Assembly (NCBI GenBank): GCA_905178155.1
Contig: CAJINV010000001.1
Span: 14,942,142 to 15,006,141, forward strand
Source of the DNA: Amoebophrya sp. A120
Lineage: Eukaryota > Protista > Dinoflagellata
Reading direction: 5' to 3'
Length of the DNA: 64,000 nucleotides
In this document: positions 1-11,272 of the stretch, piece after piece
Position numbering within the stretch: position 1 is the stretch's first letter
Layout of the letters: each line of letters opens with the position of its first letter
Notes under the pieces: generated by a model
What the model saw: only the letters and a program-made list of their open reading frames with translations
What the model was told of the DNA's origin: nothing
Database searches by the model: none
Program-made: the position numbers and the translations under genes

Positions 1-811
1 CCCGGCAGCCGCCCTTTTGTTTCACTCGGACTGCTGTTTTCCAAAATGACGAATTGCCCGGAAGCTGTTGCTCAGTAAAGTCATGTACTTTTCTTCGTAT
101 TTCCCAAACGCAGTCGAGCAAGATTGATTATGAAATGAAATTTGCTTCACGGTGGTGATGTTGCTGAGGTTCGAAAATCTTTCACCGTTAGCGTCGAGGA
201 ACACCACCCATCTTCTGTATTAAACTAACCTTACTACTCGGGAGGCAATTTCAAAAGACACACGAATATGAGAAACAGATTGGCCGCTATGAAAAAAACG
301 ATGAGCATATAGAAATTAGAGTGCGCGCCAATTTTCGTAGCCGCAGACCTGCAGCAATTTTCGCGTTGCTTGCTCCGGTTTTGCGTTGAACTAGCATGGA
401 TCCACCAAAACAAGATCGGCAACGAACCAGGAGGAGCTTTGTTTCACGATCCGATGAAGATCACAGTTACAAAGTCCTTAGAGGTCCTCTGGCTGAACAA
501 TCTTTTTTCAATGCCAGCGGCAGCAGCAGGTGGATTTCTTCATTCACAAGAGGACTTGCCTGGGATCAATTGCGTAAGTGGCCTCAGCACAGGATCATCA
601 CTGTTCTTCTTTCCTCTACTTTTGGTTGTCATCTTTTGCATCTTACACAGGCAGAGAAGATCTACAAAAATTTCTTCGTACAATTCAAGTTCAACAAGAA
701 AGTTGAAAGTCGGTACATTTTACACTTGGTGACTCCATCATAAATGGAACGCAGATGGATTTCCTTTTAAAAACTTTTTCGATGAGATGATGCATTCTTG
801 TGAGCAACCAT

Positions 812-3800
812 TCACAATTCCGCGAGCACATCGTGATCAGTGTGCATGGTGTCTGCATTCTTCGCTTCTCCCGCGCATCGCGTGTCGTCCGTTCCCGCCG
901 CAGTGCATTCATCCCGCGCCTGGTTTGCTATTTCGGTCGCTTCTGAATCTGCTTCACTAGAACGACCGCTGCTTCCCGCTGCCGCCTTGCTACTTTTCGT
1001 CAGTCTTCGATCGAACACGATGCCCTTTTGCAGGGGAAGGACGCCAATCGTGGCTCCGGGTTCCGTGCTGCCAAAAGGATGTTCGTCGACTATGCGCGCC
1101 GTTTGCTTCCGGTACTCTCCGTTCTCCACATCGAAACTTTCGTAGCGCAGCTGGAAAACCCGCTGCAGCTGTTGGTCCTCACGCGAAGTGGCTGCAGAAG
1201 TGCTATTTGTCATGTTGTTTTTGCCGGTCGTGCTGTTCACTTTCTCTACACCTGATCTCTGACCACGGACTGTACCCGAAGATTTGGCGATAATTTTCTC
1301 CGTGCGTGGATGCCATTCAGGGTAACAGAGTTTCATGATTTTCTTGTACAGCCCTACTTGAGCCGCTCTTTTGTTTTCTTGGTCCTCATGCTGGCCTCGT
1401 GGATGACCATGATCATCCTCGAGTAAACTGCTCAACAGAAATTGCTTCGTCTGTCCCAAAATCCTGGTCGACTCACTTGTGGTCTTCGCGGCCCCAATTA
1501 CACTACCAGCTGCAAAGAGTCGGCGCGCGTTTTCCAGACGGATGCGCACCGCCTCGCCGAGGCGGTAAAGGCGGCCGAGGCTCGGAATCTTCAGCGGAAT
1601 AACCTCCAACCAGACGTCCTTCGTCTCGTACAGAAACTCGATTTCGTCCTGGACCGCAGTCAAGAAGAGGAGCCGACCAGCAGCGTCTAACGTCTGCACC
1701 TTCTGCAGGTACGAAAACGAATTTGCGAGTGCTCCCTTGTTCCGATTTTCAATCTTGCTGTCTCCGCCTCCCAACAGATCCCAGAAGTGAAATGGTACCT
1801 CGTCGAGCCGCTCGAGTCGGTCTGCAGTAGTGGTCTCCGCCGTCACGGGCTTGCCCGTCCGGTGCGGCTCCCGCAATAGCCCAATTTCGCTGGAGTCTCG
1901 CAAAAGGCAAGAGCTAAAAGAGAACTTTCTTTCTGCTCCTGCTGGAACGCAGCCCAGCAACGCGTCGACGACAAAGGTGCGGGCAGCTACTTCGGTAAAA
2001 GGCGCCGGGTCCTCATCGAAAGAACCCTGGTCTTTAGCCTCAGCGTTCTTCTCCTTGTTCAGCGCAGAGGTGTGCTTCGTGCACAGCATCGCGTGCTCTT
2101 CGTGGTAGACGTTGCACACGGTGCCGATTCGTTCCTGCACAAAATGGAATTGCTTCGCATCGTTCCAAAACTCCGCCACCTCCTTTCGGAGGGTCGCCCG
2201 AACCGAAACCAGATCGAACCAGGACCTGTAGGCCAGTGCCGCTGCGTCGGTGTTCTGCAAGCGCGCGATCGGATACGCAAAAAACCGGTCGAAGGATCCG
2301 AAGCGGTCCTGGAAGATCGGCTGTCCCACGAGGCCCATCTGTAGTTCTGGTGTGTGCGACTTTGTGCCTTCGTCGTCCAGTGCCGAAACTGGCCAGAATG
2401 ATGATGAAGTCGCGCCTTCAGTAGCGCTTGAAATGCTTTTCGCCTTCTTCAACGGCAACTCCGAGTAGTCGACGCTTTCTGGCAGCGCCTTGTTCGCGAT
2501 GCCAAAAAATGCCATGCGCAGCGCCTCTCGCAGCTTCGTCCGCGGGCGGTACTCCCAAGGCTCCGAAGAAATCGCCACCGCGATGGGGATCTCGTGCGAA
2601 GGAAAACTTTTGTCACCCCGGGCCACCGCGGTCTGCACGTATTTAAGCCAGAACTTCTCGCGATCGACACATTTGTTCTCGAGAAGTTTCGCGTGCACCT
2701 CCCAGCCCTGGATCGATGGCCAGATGACAGCAACGATTCCATTCGTGTTACCCGAGCCGAAAACAACTGCGTTCTCGATCAGGAACTTGGACATAGCTGA
2801 TTTCTCGAGCTGGTCGCTTTCTACTTCTTCAACATCTTTTGCAACTACACCATTTTTGGCCTGATCTTGGTTGTCGGTCTGGTCACTTGCGAGATCAGAC
2901 TGCGGGTGGTCTTCACGCTCTTTTTCCGCTGCCAGCATTTCTTCTACTTCGTCTTCATTCCCAGCGAGGTTGAAGCTCGAGATGCGGTCCTCAATTAAGC
3001 CCGCCCGCACCCAGAGCGTGTCGTTCCTGATCTGAAATTGTCCGCTTGCTTTGTCGATCAGTTTCACGTAAAAGTGGTCCCGCCAGTCTGCTTGCCCGGG
3101 AACTGGCACTGCGGCAATGTCCGACCGCAAGGCGGCCGGAAGCCTCTCTCTGGGCAAGATCTCAACAACGTTGTTGGTCCGGAAAAGCGTCGTGGTTTCA
3201 TTTTTGCTTGTAGTGTTTTCTTGGGACTGTTCTTCCTGAGCATGATTTTTATCAAGTGCGCCCTCCTCCTGTTGAAAGCCCGTTCTCGGTATCATCCACG
3301 ACACGTTCCGCAAGTCCCGCACGAGGTTGTCCGGATTTCCCCCCGCAATCCCCGTATCAAGGAGCAAGCGGCCGATGATCTTGTCGTCTTGACTTGATGT
3401 TGATGTGTCATTTTTATCTCCCTGTTCCCAACCTCCGTACCCCCGCCAGGGCTCGATCGCCACGCGCTTCACGTTCGGCGCCATGCGGTGGATGCGGGGT
3501 GTTGCGGCGTTCCCAATCCGCTGCTGCTCGTAGGAACCCCAGCTGTGCAGGATCAGCTGACACACGTTCTTCGCCACAAGCCAGACGTGGTGCACAAGTT
3601 GCGGCATGCCTCCGCCGAGCGCGCAAAGGTGCCAATGATACTGCCACTTAGCAGTGAACAATTGCGTCGCCTCGTGGAAATTCTTCCCATCGATCAGTTC
3701 GTCTTCACTCGCTTGTTGTTCAGAAGTGACATTTGTTCCAGTAGCACTTGATGTTCCACCACTACTGAGCTTTCTCCGCTCGTCGTCCTCTCGGTCTAGA

Positions 3801-5386
3801 AACTCCGCGTGGGCCTTTTCCAGCAGGTAGTCGTGCTGCAGTGTGTCGATCTGGACGGCTGACGCCGACAAAATTCTTGCTTGCGCGAAATCCCCCAACG
3901 CCATGTACTGTGGCAAATGCCGCCGCGGGCTGCCCGGCCGCCGTGAGGGCGTTGCTTGCCGTCGGCCAATGGAGTAAATGTCCATCAGGGCGTCCTCGTA
4001 CGGGGTGAAACTAAGTAACGAGTCCTGCTTTTTGTAATTTGTCAAGATCGACTTCATCTTCTTCAGCACGGGGCTGGTGCCAGACGTTTCATGCACAGCG
4101 GCCGGCTCGGGCATCAGAAAGCCCCGAATTCTCCCTGCGTTTTCGTAATCCCAGCGGTAATTGACATCAATCACCGACAAGCGATAGAAGCTGGAGGTGA
4201 AGAACACCGCCGGCTTGCCGATCGCGAAATTGGTCGACAGAACGGCGTTCGTGTCGCCCGAGGAGAGTGGGAAGGGCAGCCACCAAACCGGCAGCCAATT
4301 TCGGTGGTACATTGCTGCGTCGGTGAAGGTCGCCATCGTCGTGTCGATCCACTGCTGGTTGTCTTTCTGCCGTTCGGTCAGGATCCCGGCGGCGAGGTTG
4401 TTGGCGCCCAGTCGCGGGTTCAGGATGATGGACTTGCACGCCGTGGCAGTGTCGTTAGCGAAGTCGTTTGTGCAGGGGGGGTGCGCGTGGAGCCACGTAG
4501 GGAGCAGAGTTGTGGGGTGTTGCTTTTGCCACGCGGCATCAACCTCTGCGAAAAGGTTTCTCCAGAGCGTCACGTGCAGACGCACATTGGATGGTGGTCG
4601 AGAGAGCCGCTTGTTGTCCTGTCCCTGTTTCTCTTCTTCGTGGTCTCGCATGATCACGATAAACAAGTTGATCTGCGGCTTATTTTTCCTTGGATCCGCA
4701 TGATAAAAAATTTCCGCACACTGCTGCACTTCTTCTGCCTCTCGAACTGTTGGTAGGAATAAGACGATTTGCCGAAAGTTGTGAAGCTCCACTCCGGTGC
4801 GCCACACGGCGTCGCACAGGTTCATGTAATTCAACACGAACCACTGGCTCAAATCACCGAGCTCCGCGGCGTAAAAAACGGCCATGTTTCGCAAGTCCTT
4901 CAGAGTCCCAAACGACATCAGCAACGTCTCTTCGCTGCGGTTCGTTGCCTTGTAAGCGGGTTGAATCGGGATAGATGTAGTTTCGTGAAGATGGTTGTTC
5001 TTTTCGACCGCCTGCAACGCTTCCATGTGGAAAAACTCGTCATCCAATAGCGTGTTCAGCACAGCGTCGGCTGCTGCAATCACCTGCCCGGCTCGGTACC
5101 ACTTCACACCGACCTCCGGGTGGGCCTCGGACGCAATCCCGAACATCGGTCGGTCGGGCTCCACTTCGGCGCGCTTTCGCATTCCGCCTCCGATGGATAG
5201 TTTCAGGGCCGGCTCGACCACCTCGGAGTACAACTTCCACTGCGACCTCAGAACCTCCTTCTCGGCCGTGAGAGGTCTGCGCGACGTCCCCGCTTTCCTC
5301 CTTTTGGAGGTGGTGCCGTCGGGAGTTGCATGGCTCCAGTAGAGCGCAACCTGAAGCACGAGGACGGATTTTGCAACCAGCGACAT
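812..5386 (-). CDS. Large intronless protein (~1520 aa) with a degenerate acyl-CoA synthetase/ANL-like adenylation region
   Basis: Uninterrupted ORF; first plausible ATG is MSLVAKSV at 5386. Segments resemble long-chain acyl-CoA ligase motifs in the correct order: CKSIILNPRLGANNLAAGILT (position of the P-loop), ALGGGMP...ILHSWGSYE (GGA...YGxTE), IENAVVFG...IVAVIWP, HEIPIAVAISSEPW. Family call is by eye. Confidence 0.7.
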   Translation of the reverse strand: MSLVAKSVLVLQVALYWSHATPDGTTSKRRKAGTSRRPLTAEKEVLRSQWKLYSEVVEPALKLSIGGGMRKRAEVEPDRPMFGIASEAHPEVGVKWYRAGQVIAAADAVLNTLLDDEFFHMEALQAVEKNNHLHETTSIPIQPAYKATNRSEETLLMSFGTLKDLRNMAVFYAAELGDLSQWFVLNYMNLCDAVWRTGVELHNFRQIVLFLPTVREAEEVQQCAEIFYHADPRKNKPQINLFIVIMRDHEEEKQGQDNKRLSRPPSNVRLHVTLWRNLFAEVDAAWQKQHPTTLLPTWLHAHPPCTNDFANDTATACKSIILNPRLGANNLAAGILTERQKDNQQWIDTTMATFTDAAMYHRNWLPVWWLPFPLSSGDTNAVLSTNFAIGKPAVFFTSSFYRLSVIDVNYRWDYENAGRIRGFLMPEPAAVHETSGTSPVLKKMKSILTNYKKQDSLLSFTPYEDALMDIYSIGRRQATPSRRPGSPRRHLPQYMALGDFAQARILSASAVQIDTLQHDYLLEKAHAEFLDREDDERRKLSSGGTSSATGTNVTSEQQASEDELIDGKNFHEATQLFTAKWQYHWHLCALGGGMPQLVHHVWLVAKNVCQLILHSWGSYEQQRIGNAATPRIHRMAPNVKRVAIEPWRGYGGWEQGDKNDTSTSSQDDKIIGRLLLDTGIAGGNPDNLVRDLRNVSWMIPRTGFQQEEGALDKNHAQEEQSQENTTSKNETTTLFRTNNVVEILPRERLPAALRSDIAAVPVPGQADWRDHFYVKLIDKASGQFQIRNDTLWVRAGLIEDRISSFNLAGNEDEVEEMLAAEKEREDHPQSDLASDQTDNQDQAKNGVVAKDVEEVESDQLEKSAMSKFLIENAVVFGSGNTNGIVAVIWPSIQGWEVHAKLLENKCVDREKFWLKYVQTAVARGDKSFPSHEIPIAVAISSEPWEYRPRTKLREALRMAFFGIANKALPESVDYSELPLKKAKSISSATEGATSSSFWPVSALDDEGTKSHTPELQMGLVGQPIFQDRFGSFDRFFAYPIARLQNTDAAALAYRSWFDLVSVRATLRKEVAEFWNDAKQFHFVQERIGTVCNVYHEEHAMLCTKHTSALNKEKNAEAKDQGSFDEDPAPFTEVAARTFVVDALLGCVPAGAERKFSFSSCLLRDSSEIGLLREPHRTGKPVTAETTTADRLERLDEVPFHFWDLLGGGDSKIENRNKGALANSFSYLQKVQTLDAAGRLLFLTAVQDEIEFLYETKDVWLEVIPLKIPSLGRLYRLGEAVRIRLENARRLFAAGSVIGAAKTTSESTRILGQTKQFLLSSLLEDDHGHPRGQHEDQENKRAAQVGLYKKIMKLCYPEWHPRTEKIIAKSSGTVRGQRSGVEKVNSTTGKNNMTNSTSAATSREDQQLQRVFQLRYESFDVENGEYRKQTARIVDEHPFGSTEPGATIGVLPLQKGIVFDRRLTKSSKAAAGSSGRSSEADSEATEIANQARDECTAAGTDDTRCAGEAKNADTMHTDHDVLAEL

Positions 5387-6159
5387 GATAATCAAGCTGC
5401 GAATCGTTTTATGTTGCTTGAGTTTGTTGTACTGTTGATATAGGGAACTGAAGCAAATTCGCAACTTCTACCACATCCTTTTGATGCTGATGCCCGACTC
5501 AGGTGTGGTAAACAGAAAACAGGAAATGCTAGTGTGTCCTCCTATTTTTTGCGAACAGAAATGCGATCTACCATACTGTGCGAGTTCGATACTGCGGAAG
5601 CGACAACCTACACCTCGTCCTTACACGAATACGATTACGAAGCCGACTTCTGAAAGGAGTTTCAATGTGGCGAGGACGACCCTACGAAATGAAAAAGTAG
5701 TGCCTCCCTTATGAAACAACCACGACGACGAAGAGTGCATTCCAAGCGACCAAAACGACGTCGGCTTTATTTCGGTTGGCGAAGATGCTGCGAACGATTC
5801 GAAAGCGTACACGCCACGACGCGCTGATCCAGATTCTTTCTGCTGTGCAGACGAGCCAAACCGGAACACACAGACACACACACATTCATAAGATTAGTAC
5901 AAAGAGCGCGATATGTAGTCGATGCTCGAGAAGTCAAAAACCTTTCTGTTTTAACATGTATTTCGCATGTGAACTATCGCACAGCGAATCATGGCTGTTC
6001 GATTCATTTGATGCCACCCATTTGAGGTGTACACGTTACTTGGTAGTAAACTTCACTTTTTCTGCACACAAATCTTGGTTTTTTCGCTTTTCCAGCAGTT
6101 CAGAAGCTCCGATTTGCAAGGCTATTACTCTTACCTGGAAATTGCAACTACTCCGCCAG

Positions 6160-8027
6160 TCACATCACACTTACGGAGACGCGGAATCGTTTCGGGTCCG
6201 TATCCCGGCGGTGCTCGACCGGAATCGGGTGTTCACAAGTTTCTTCCGGGTTTCCTAGATCCCTTGCCACTTGTTCCAGCGCGTGCCGAAACTTGCGTCC
6301 GGCCCAGAAAGACATGTCGCGGGGGATGGAGACGCGATCCCGCACGTAGCGCAAGGCCCGTGCGCTGTTCGGAGGAAGACGATCAATTTGGACCGCTTCA
6401 GGATCTCGCTCCCTGATCAGGTCCACGATCTGTGATTTTTGAAGTTGAGGTCTCTTCCTAAAACATTTGCATTTCGTTCTTGAACCAGATTCTAGCACAT
6501 CAGCTTGTCGGACCGTCATTCAAAGTCATCAGAGGGAAGGTTTATGTGTTTTGGTCATCAGAGAAACATCAGAGAACTTTGAAGACCAAAAACAACTATT
6601 TTCATCAGAGGAGGGCAGTGCGGAAACCTAGTTTACACTGCTGAGAGTGTCATCGACATTTGCCAGCTCTTTCAGAGGGAAGGTTTGTATGTTTTGGTCA
6701 TCAGAAGTCAGTGAACTTTGAAGACCAGAAACAATTTGTCTCATCCTTTCAAGCGCTGGCGTATAATTTGTACTGAGATCAGGAAAAACGACACTTTTGA
6801 TGTGTCAGAACCCATGCGCAATTTCTTTGTGTTAGTCATCAAAGTTGATCAGCGAACTTCGAAGACTTGTAACAAAAGGGACTCATCATGCTACAGTTCG
6901 TGAATTTAAACTTGGGACAATAAAAACGGAAGACCAATCACAACTCTTTGTACCTGTTGGCACGGTTCCCGCGCTGCGTGCTCTTCTACCAGCCTGGACA
7001 AGACGGCCCGCATGGCAAGATCAAACGCTTCCGACTTTCCATAAGGATTCGCACCAGCTACCTTTTCTCGGTGCCGCAGGACGCGGTACAGAATTTCCAG
7101 TCGCACGTCAGCAGGCTCGGGGAAGCAGTCCGACCTCACCTCAACGCCCTCCGGGATAGCGTCCGCGTCGCTCGCGGCACCATTCACCGGGTGGATTTTC
7201 GCATTTGCGTTCGGATGACAACCCCCTAATTGCGGCGGCAGATCGTGGACGTGCGTGTGGAAATCCGATTTCGTTCCGCGGTACACCTCTCGCGTCTCCA
7301 TCGCAGAGCACCACTTGTCCAAAATCGGATGCTCTTTCCGCAGCTGAAAGCCCTTGTAGTAATACAGGCTCGCGCACATCCGCTCCAAAAATGGTGCGAT
7401 CACACAGTCCGCGACGGTGAAGCTATCGCCTGCGAAGTAGGGACCGTTGCTCTTTGCCATGTGCGCTTCGACCTTTCCACAAACACCTTGAAAGTTCTGC
7501 CTCGCTTCCCGATCCGGGGCGTACGGATTACACAGCCAGTCGCACCAGGCGCGAAACAGCATACGCTCGAGCTTCCGACAGGCGATAATTGCCGGACTAG
7601 TGAGGCTCGCATTATTCAGCGCCCCGAATTCCTCTTCCAGTTCCTGTAGCACGTCATCCGAGTCAGTGACAAGATGCGTGATCTTCTTCGCGTCAGAAAC
7701 GTCGACAAACGCGAGGGCCGGAAGCATCCCAGAAGGAACGATTTTTTTATACCACGGCTCTTTCGCACCGTAGCAGAACATGGTAACTTTTCGCACTTCG
7801 TAGGGCACTCGCTTCTCCTCGAGCCACAGCCACACCTTTTGGCAGTAGGGACACCAGGCGTGGTTGTCGCGAAACAGCACCACCCGTGGCTGCTTCTGCC
7901 CGAACAAGCGCGCCGTCGCGTGGGCATTGGTAGTCCCGTTCACGCCATCTGGTACCTGGTACGCGCTCGCGACAATTCGCGCCAGCGAGTTCCAGCTGCG
8001 GACCAGCTGCGAGGAAGATCCAGACAT
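6160..8027 (-). CDS. Glutathione S-transferase family protein (CPYC type), 2 exons
   Basis: Motifs RDNHAWCPYCQKVWLWLEEK, VPSGMLPAL, TDSDDVL and GPYFAGDSFTVAD. GT-AG intron 6430-6953 joins ...PCQQ|IVDLIRE... in frame to the C-terminal exon (ALRYVRDRVSIPRDMS...RRDTDP). Confidence 0.9.
6529..6608 (-). ncRNA. Intronic box C/D snoRNA candidate, copy 1
   Basis: Minus strand: C box cTGATGA, guide TCTTCAAAGTTC-T, D' CTGA, C' TGATGA, guide AAACCTTCCC-T, D box CTGA; 80 nt. Confidence 0.7.
6672..6747 (-). ncRNA. Intronic box C/D snoRNA candidate, copy 2
   Basis: C box AGGATGA, guide TCTTCAAAGTTC-A, D' CTGA, C' TGATGA, guide AAACCTTCCC-T, D CTGA. Flanks form a 9/10-bp terminal stem (GCCAGCGCTT / AAGAGCTGGC). 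Confidence 0.75.
6805..6889 (-). ncRNA. Intronic box C/D snoRNA candidate, copy 3 (different D guide)
   Basis: Perfect C box ATGATGA, guide TCTTCGAAGTTC-G, D' CTGA, C' TGATGA, guide ATTGCGCATGGGT-T, D CTGA. Confidence 0.7.
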
Positions 8028-8495
8028 GGTGTTTTGAAATCGCTACGGGTGGGCTAAGGCAAACCTTGACAATGAACTTTCGAAAGGCACGAAAACAGGT
8101 AGTCGGTGTGAAAATTTAGGGAACAACTCAGATTTGTATTTCTAAAGGGAAAAGCTACACCGAGCAAAATCAGGGGATCCCATTTTCATGGGCGATGTTC
8201 CGAAGAGACCTGTGCGTTCCGGATATTAAGCTAAATCTTTAGATCGAAGATCGCCAAGTAGGACATGAGCGCGTGAGAAAACTTTTTCTAGTTATTATTG
8301 TCGCTCGAAAAAGCTCCTGGACCGACTTTTGGTTTGCAAGCCAGGGACATCTGAACTCTACTGATGTCAAAAACTCAAGCAGGCGCGAGCAACGTTCGTT
8401 GGAAACAAAATCTGATGTATGTACAGTAAGCAGGTACTTCAAGTATTTATGTTTTGCAGTATCCTACGGTTGCGCGAGACGGAATCGGAATGTCC

Positions 8496-9293
8496 TCACT
8501 CAAGCATCCAGAGCACGTTACCACTACCTCTTGTGCCGTCCATACGCGCTGTGTTCCATGGGTAGGCGTCATGCACGGTCTGGTATCTGATTTGTTGATG
8601 TGCAACCAGTGTCGAAAGAGTCTCGATACGCAAACGAATGTACATGATATCGCACACCAATCCATGAAACAAGAAAAAAAACAGCAAACGAAACTGTACT
8701 TGACGCACCACCCGCGCATGTACATGAACATGCCAAAAACGCAGCCGAAGCTGGTCAACCACATACAGGCGACATCCATCTCGTACTCGTCCTGTTCATC
8801 TTCTAAAGCTGGCATCTCACGCTGCGGTCGCCAATGCTTCAAACGATTGTACCTGGTGAGAGGGAGGGAGCATGACTGCATGTAGGACACGGGCAGATGA
8901 GTCCTCTGAGTACTTACACATTTTTCTTTTTTTTAAATCAAGCAGGGCTGAAAGGAAATCCAAAAGTATTACAAAATGAGCCGGGTAACCGCGGTGTGCT
9001 CGGGCCCCCATATCCCACTGCCCCTCAGATACATTCCCTTTTCCATTTCGTGCGCCAGAACTTTGGTTGGCCACATGGGCGCTGCCACGGCGCCGTTGTG
9101 TCTGCGGTATTTTTCGGGGAAGAAAAATAATACTGAAGTCTTCTTGCAGCTGCCACATTCACCGAAAGAAATCATTTCATTTCTGCAATGCTAAAACACG
9201 GTACATGTTGTTCGGGACCCTCTCGTATCCGTTCGCGGGGTTGATTGTCTCGTAGTGCATGTGGCGCAACCGCGCCGCTGTTCGTCTCAACAT
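8496..9293 (-). CDS. Small four-exon putative mitochondrial single-pass membrane protein (~150 aa)
   Basis: ATG at 9293 (MLRRTAARLRHMHY..., presequence-like). Introns 9102-9204 (GT-AG, boundary ambiguous), 8853-8981 (GC-AG) and 8587-8699 (GT-AG) give one frame ending ...CMWLTSFGCVFGMFMYMRGWCVKYQTVHDAYPWNTARMDGTRGSGNVLWMLE*. Confidence 0.7.
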
Positions 9294-9782
9294 CCTCTAC
9301 GCAAAAGGACGAGGTCTACTGACCCAGTCCACGCTGCAAAGCTTCACGTCGGTCAAGCCGCGGCAGCAGAGGTCGTAATGCTCATGACATTCTCGGTGGA
9401 AAACAACTTTGGCCGCAACGGTGATTTGAGACGTAAAGAAAAATGGAGTCTTTTTTCCTCCCTTACTAAGAAGGGTGGGAGGTACCACTATCTTCACTCG
9501 AAAAACACTCTCGAAAAAACCCCTCCGGCTGTCCGCCTCAAGAAAGGATTTCTCAATTGCACTTCAAAGATTCACGAAACAGAGAACAGCATCATGCCGT
9601 GCGGTGCAGAGACAGACACGGAAGAGGAGCGCAAGAAGCGAGAAAAAATTTTTCGGTATTGGCTAGGGCTCAGTTCATCATTATCCTCAATGTCCAACAA
9701 TCAAAAGATGCGCTCAGTATAAAAGTTCCGCACTCTTTCTTCTGCGCAACACAATGTCGTGACCACCTCTAAATGACCACAT

Positions 9783-10570
9783 TTAGAACTTGAGCTCGTG
9801 TGCCATCTGTCCGCTGGAGAGAGCGAACTTGGACTTCATGTACTTCTTCATGGTGGCGTCCAACTTGGCGACGATCTTCGCGTCGACAGCAGCCTGGTCG
9901 GCCTTCTTGGCGGCGGACAACTCGGACTTCTTGCCCTTGTCCAGGAACGCGGCGGCACCTGTGATGTGAAAAAGCGAGAAAATTGCGTTTAGTTTTCAGC
10001 TGCACTTATGATATGCAGCATTACCGACGCTCGATCAATTTTCAAAATTCCAAGAAAAGCGGAACCAAAATCAATCAAAAAAATCTTACCCTTCTTGCCG
10101 GACTTGTCGTCACGCTTGAAGTAAGCGTCATCGAACTTCTTGGTGTCAATGCCGGAGACATCGACCTTGGTAGAGGTGGCGATCACATACCGAGCGTTCA
10201 TGCGACGGAGCGGAATTCCGTTGACCTTGAAAGGTCCGGTGACCAACAACAAACCTGAGATTTTGGATTTAGAAAATTTAGATTTAGAAACAAAAACGGC
10301 ACTATGTCATGCACCAATACCACATCGCTCATGCGTGTCTGCTGCCTCTGCCATTTCAGTGTCTACAAAAACCAAACAACAAGTACCGCTCTTCTCGAGC
10401 TGCTTCAGCACGACGACGCGGGAGCCGCGGAACTGCCCCGTGAGGGCAATGGCGATGGTGCCCGGAGTCAGAGACTTGCGGAGCTTCTGCGGCTTGTTCT
10501 TGGCGGCCTTACGCACGCTCTTGGCCTTGCTGACCACCTGGTTCAGCTTGATCTTGTTCACACGCACCAT
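9783..10570 (-). CDS. RPL6: 60S ribosomal protein L6 (eL6), 3 exons
   Basis: [65 protein letters not shown]...MAHELKF*; GT-AG introns 10255-10386 and 9959-10089. Confidence 0.97.
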
Positions 10571-10744
10571 CTTTTGTACAATTAAGGATACTGAGTGAGG
10601 ATAGAGCCTAAATACCCCCGGTCCCTGTAAGAATAATGTCGAAAATCGTAGCAATATAAGGCAGCAATCTTCGTTAGTACGCAGTCTTCTCGATGTGATT
10701 CTAGCCCAAATTAAAGTTTAGGACTTCCCTATGGATTTCCGTTC

Positions 10745-11272
10745 AGATCATTCTCCGTCAGGAGCCGACTCTACAGCGGGCTGCAAACGCAACATTTCAC
10801 AGGATCACGGAGATCTTGGTTCGGATCCACTGCCATCACAAGACAGGAATTTAGGAACTTCTCTTGTGTCAGAGCGACTTCACGAGACGATCAGATTTGG
10901 GGACATGCAGTGGCAAATGAAGAGCAATAGCTCCGACATTTCGATCATCTACGTCAGGATTTATGTTGTATCGAGGATCTTTAAATTTTTCATCCCAATG
11001 AGATCGATACGCTCAATAGGCTCTCCGGCTCCTTTTATGAACGTGATGAGCCTGCTTTCGCAGTCAACGATCCTAGGTCACTGATCTAAAAGTCAAGCAA
11101 TAGCTGAACGAGCTTGTGCCAAGGGCATGATCACTAAACCATCCAAATAAGCGCCGACACCAACGTCGTAGTTTGGTAGGTAATCCTGCCACATGTTCAA
11201 ATGCATATCAAAATTCCACATAGACCGCAACACGTGCGCACTTCGATCTTCGCAACTCACGATCTCTGATCT
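10745..11272. promoter_or_regulatory. GATC-rich cluster upstream of RPL6 (candidate cis-regulatory region)
   Basis: 14 GATC sites counted by hand in about 530 bp, versus about 2 expected at random; several RGATTT variants also present. Confidence 0.45.

Noticed and set aside
1-800. Short ORFs at the window start (22-207, 370-732, 396-743)
   Set aside because: No recognisable motifs or consistent splice model; probably UTR or intergenic sequence.
6529-6889. Spaced repeats in the GST intron as a CRISPR array or satellite
   Set aside because: Units are 76-85 nt, diverged and organised around C/D boxes; the context is eukaryotic and no cas genes are present.
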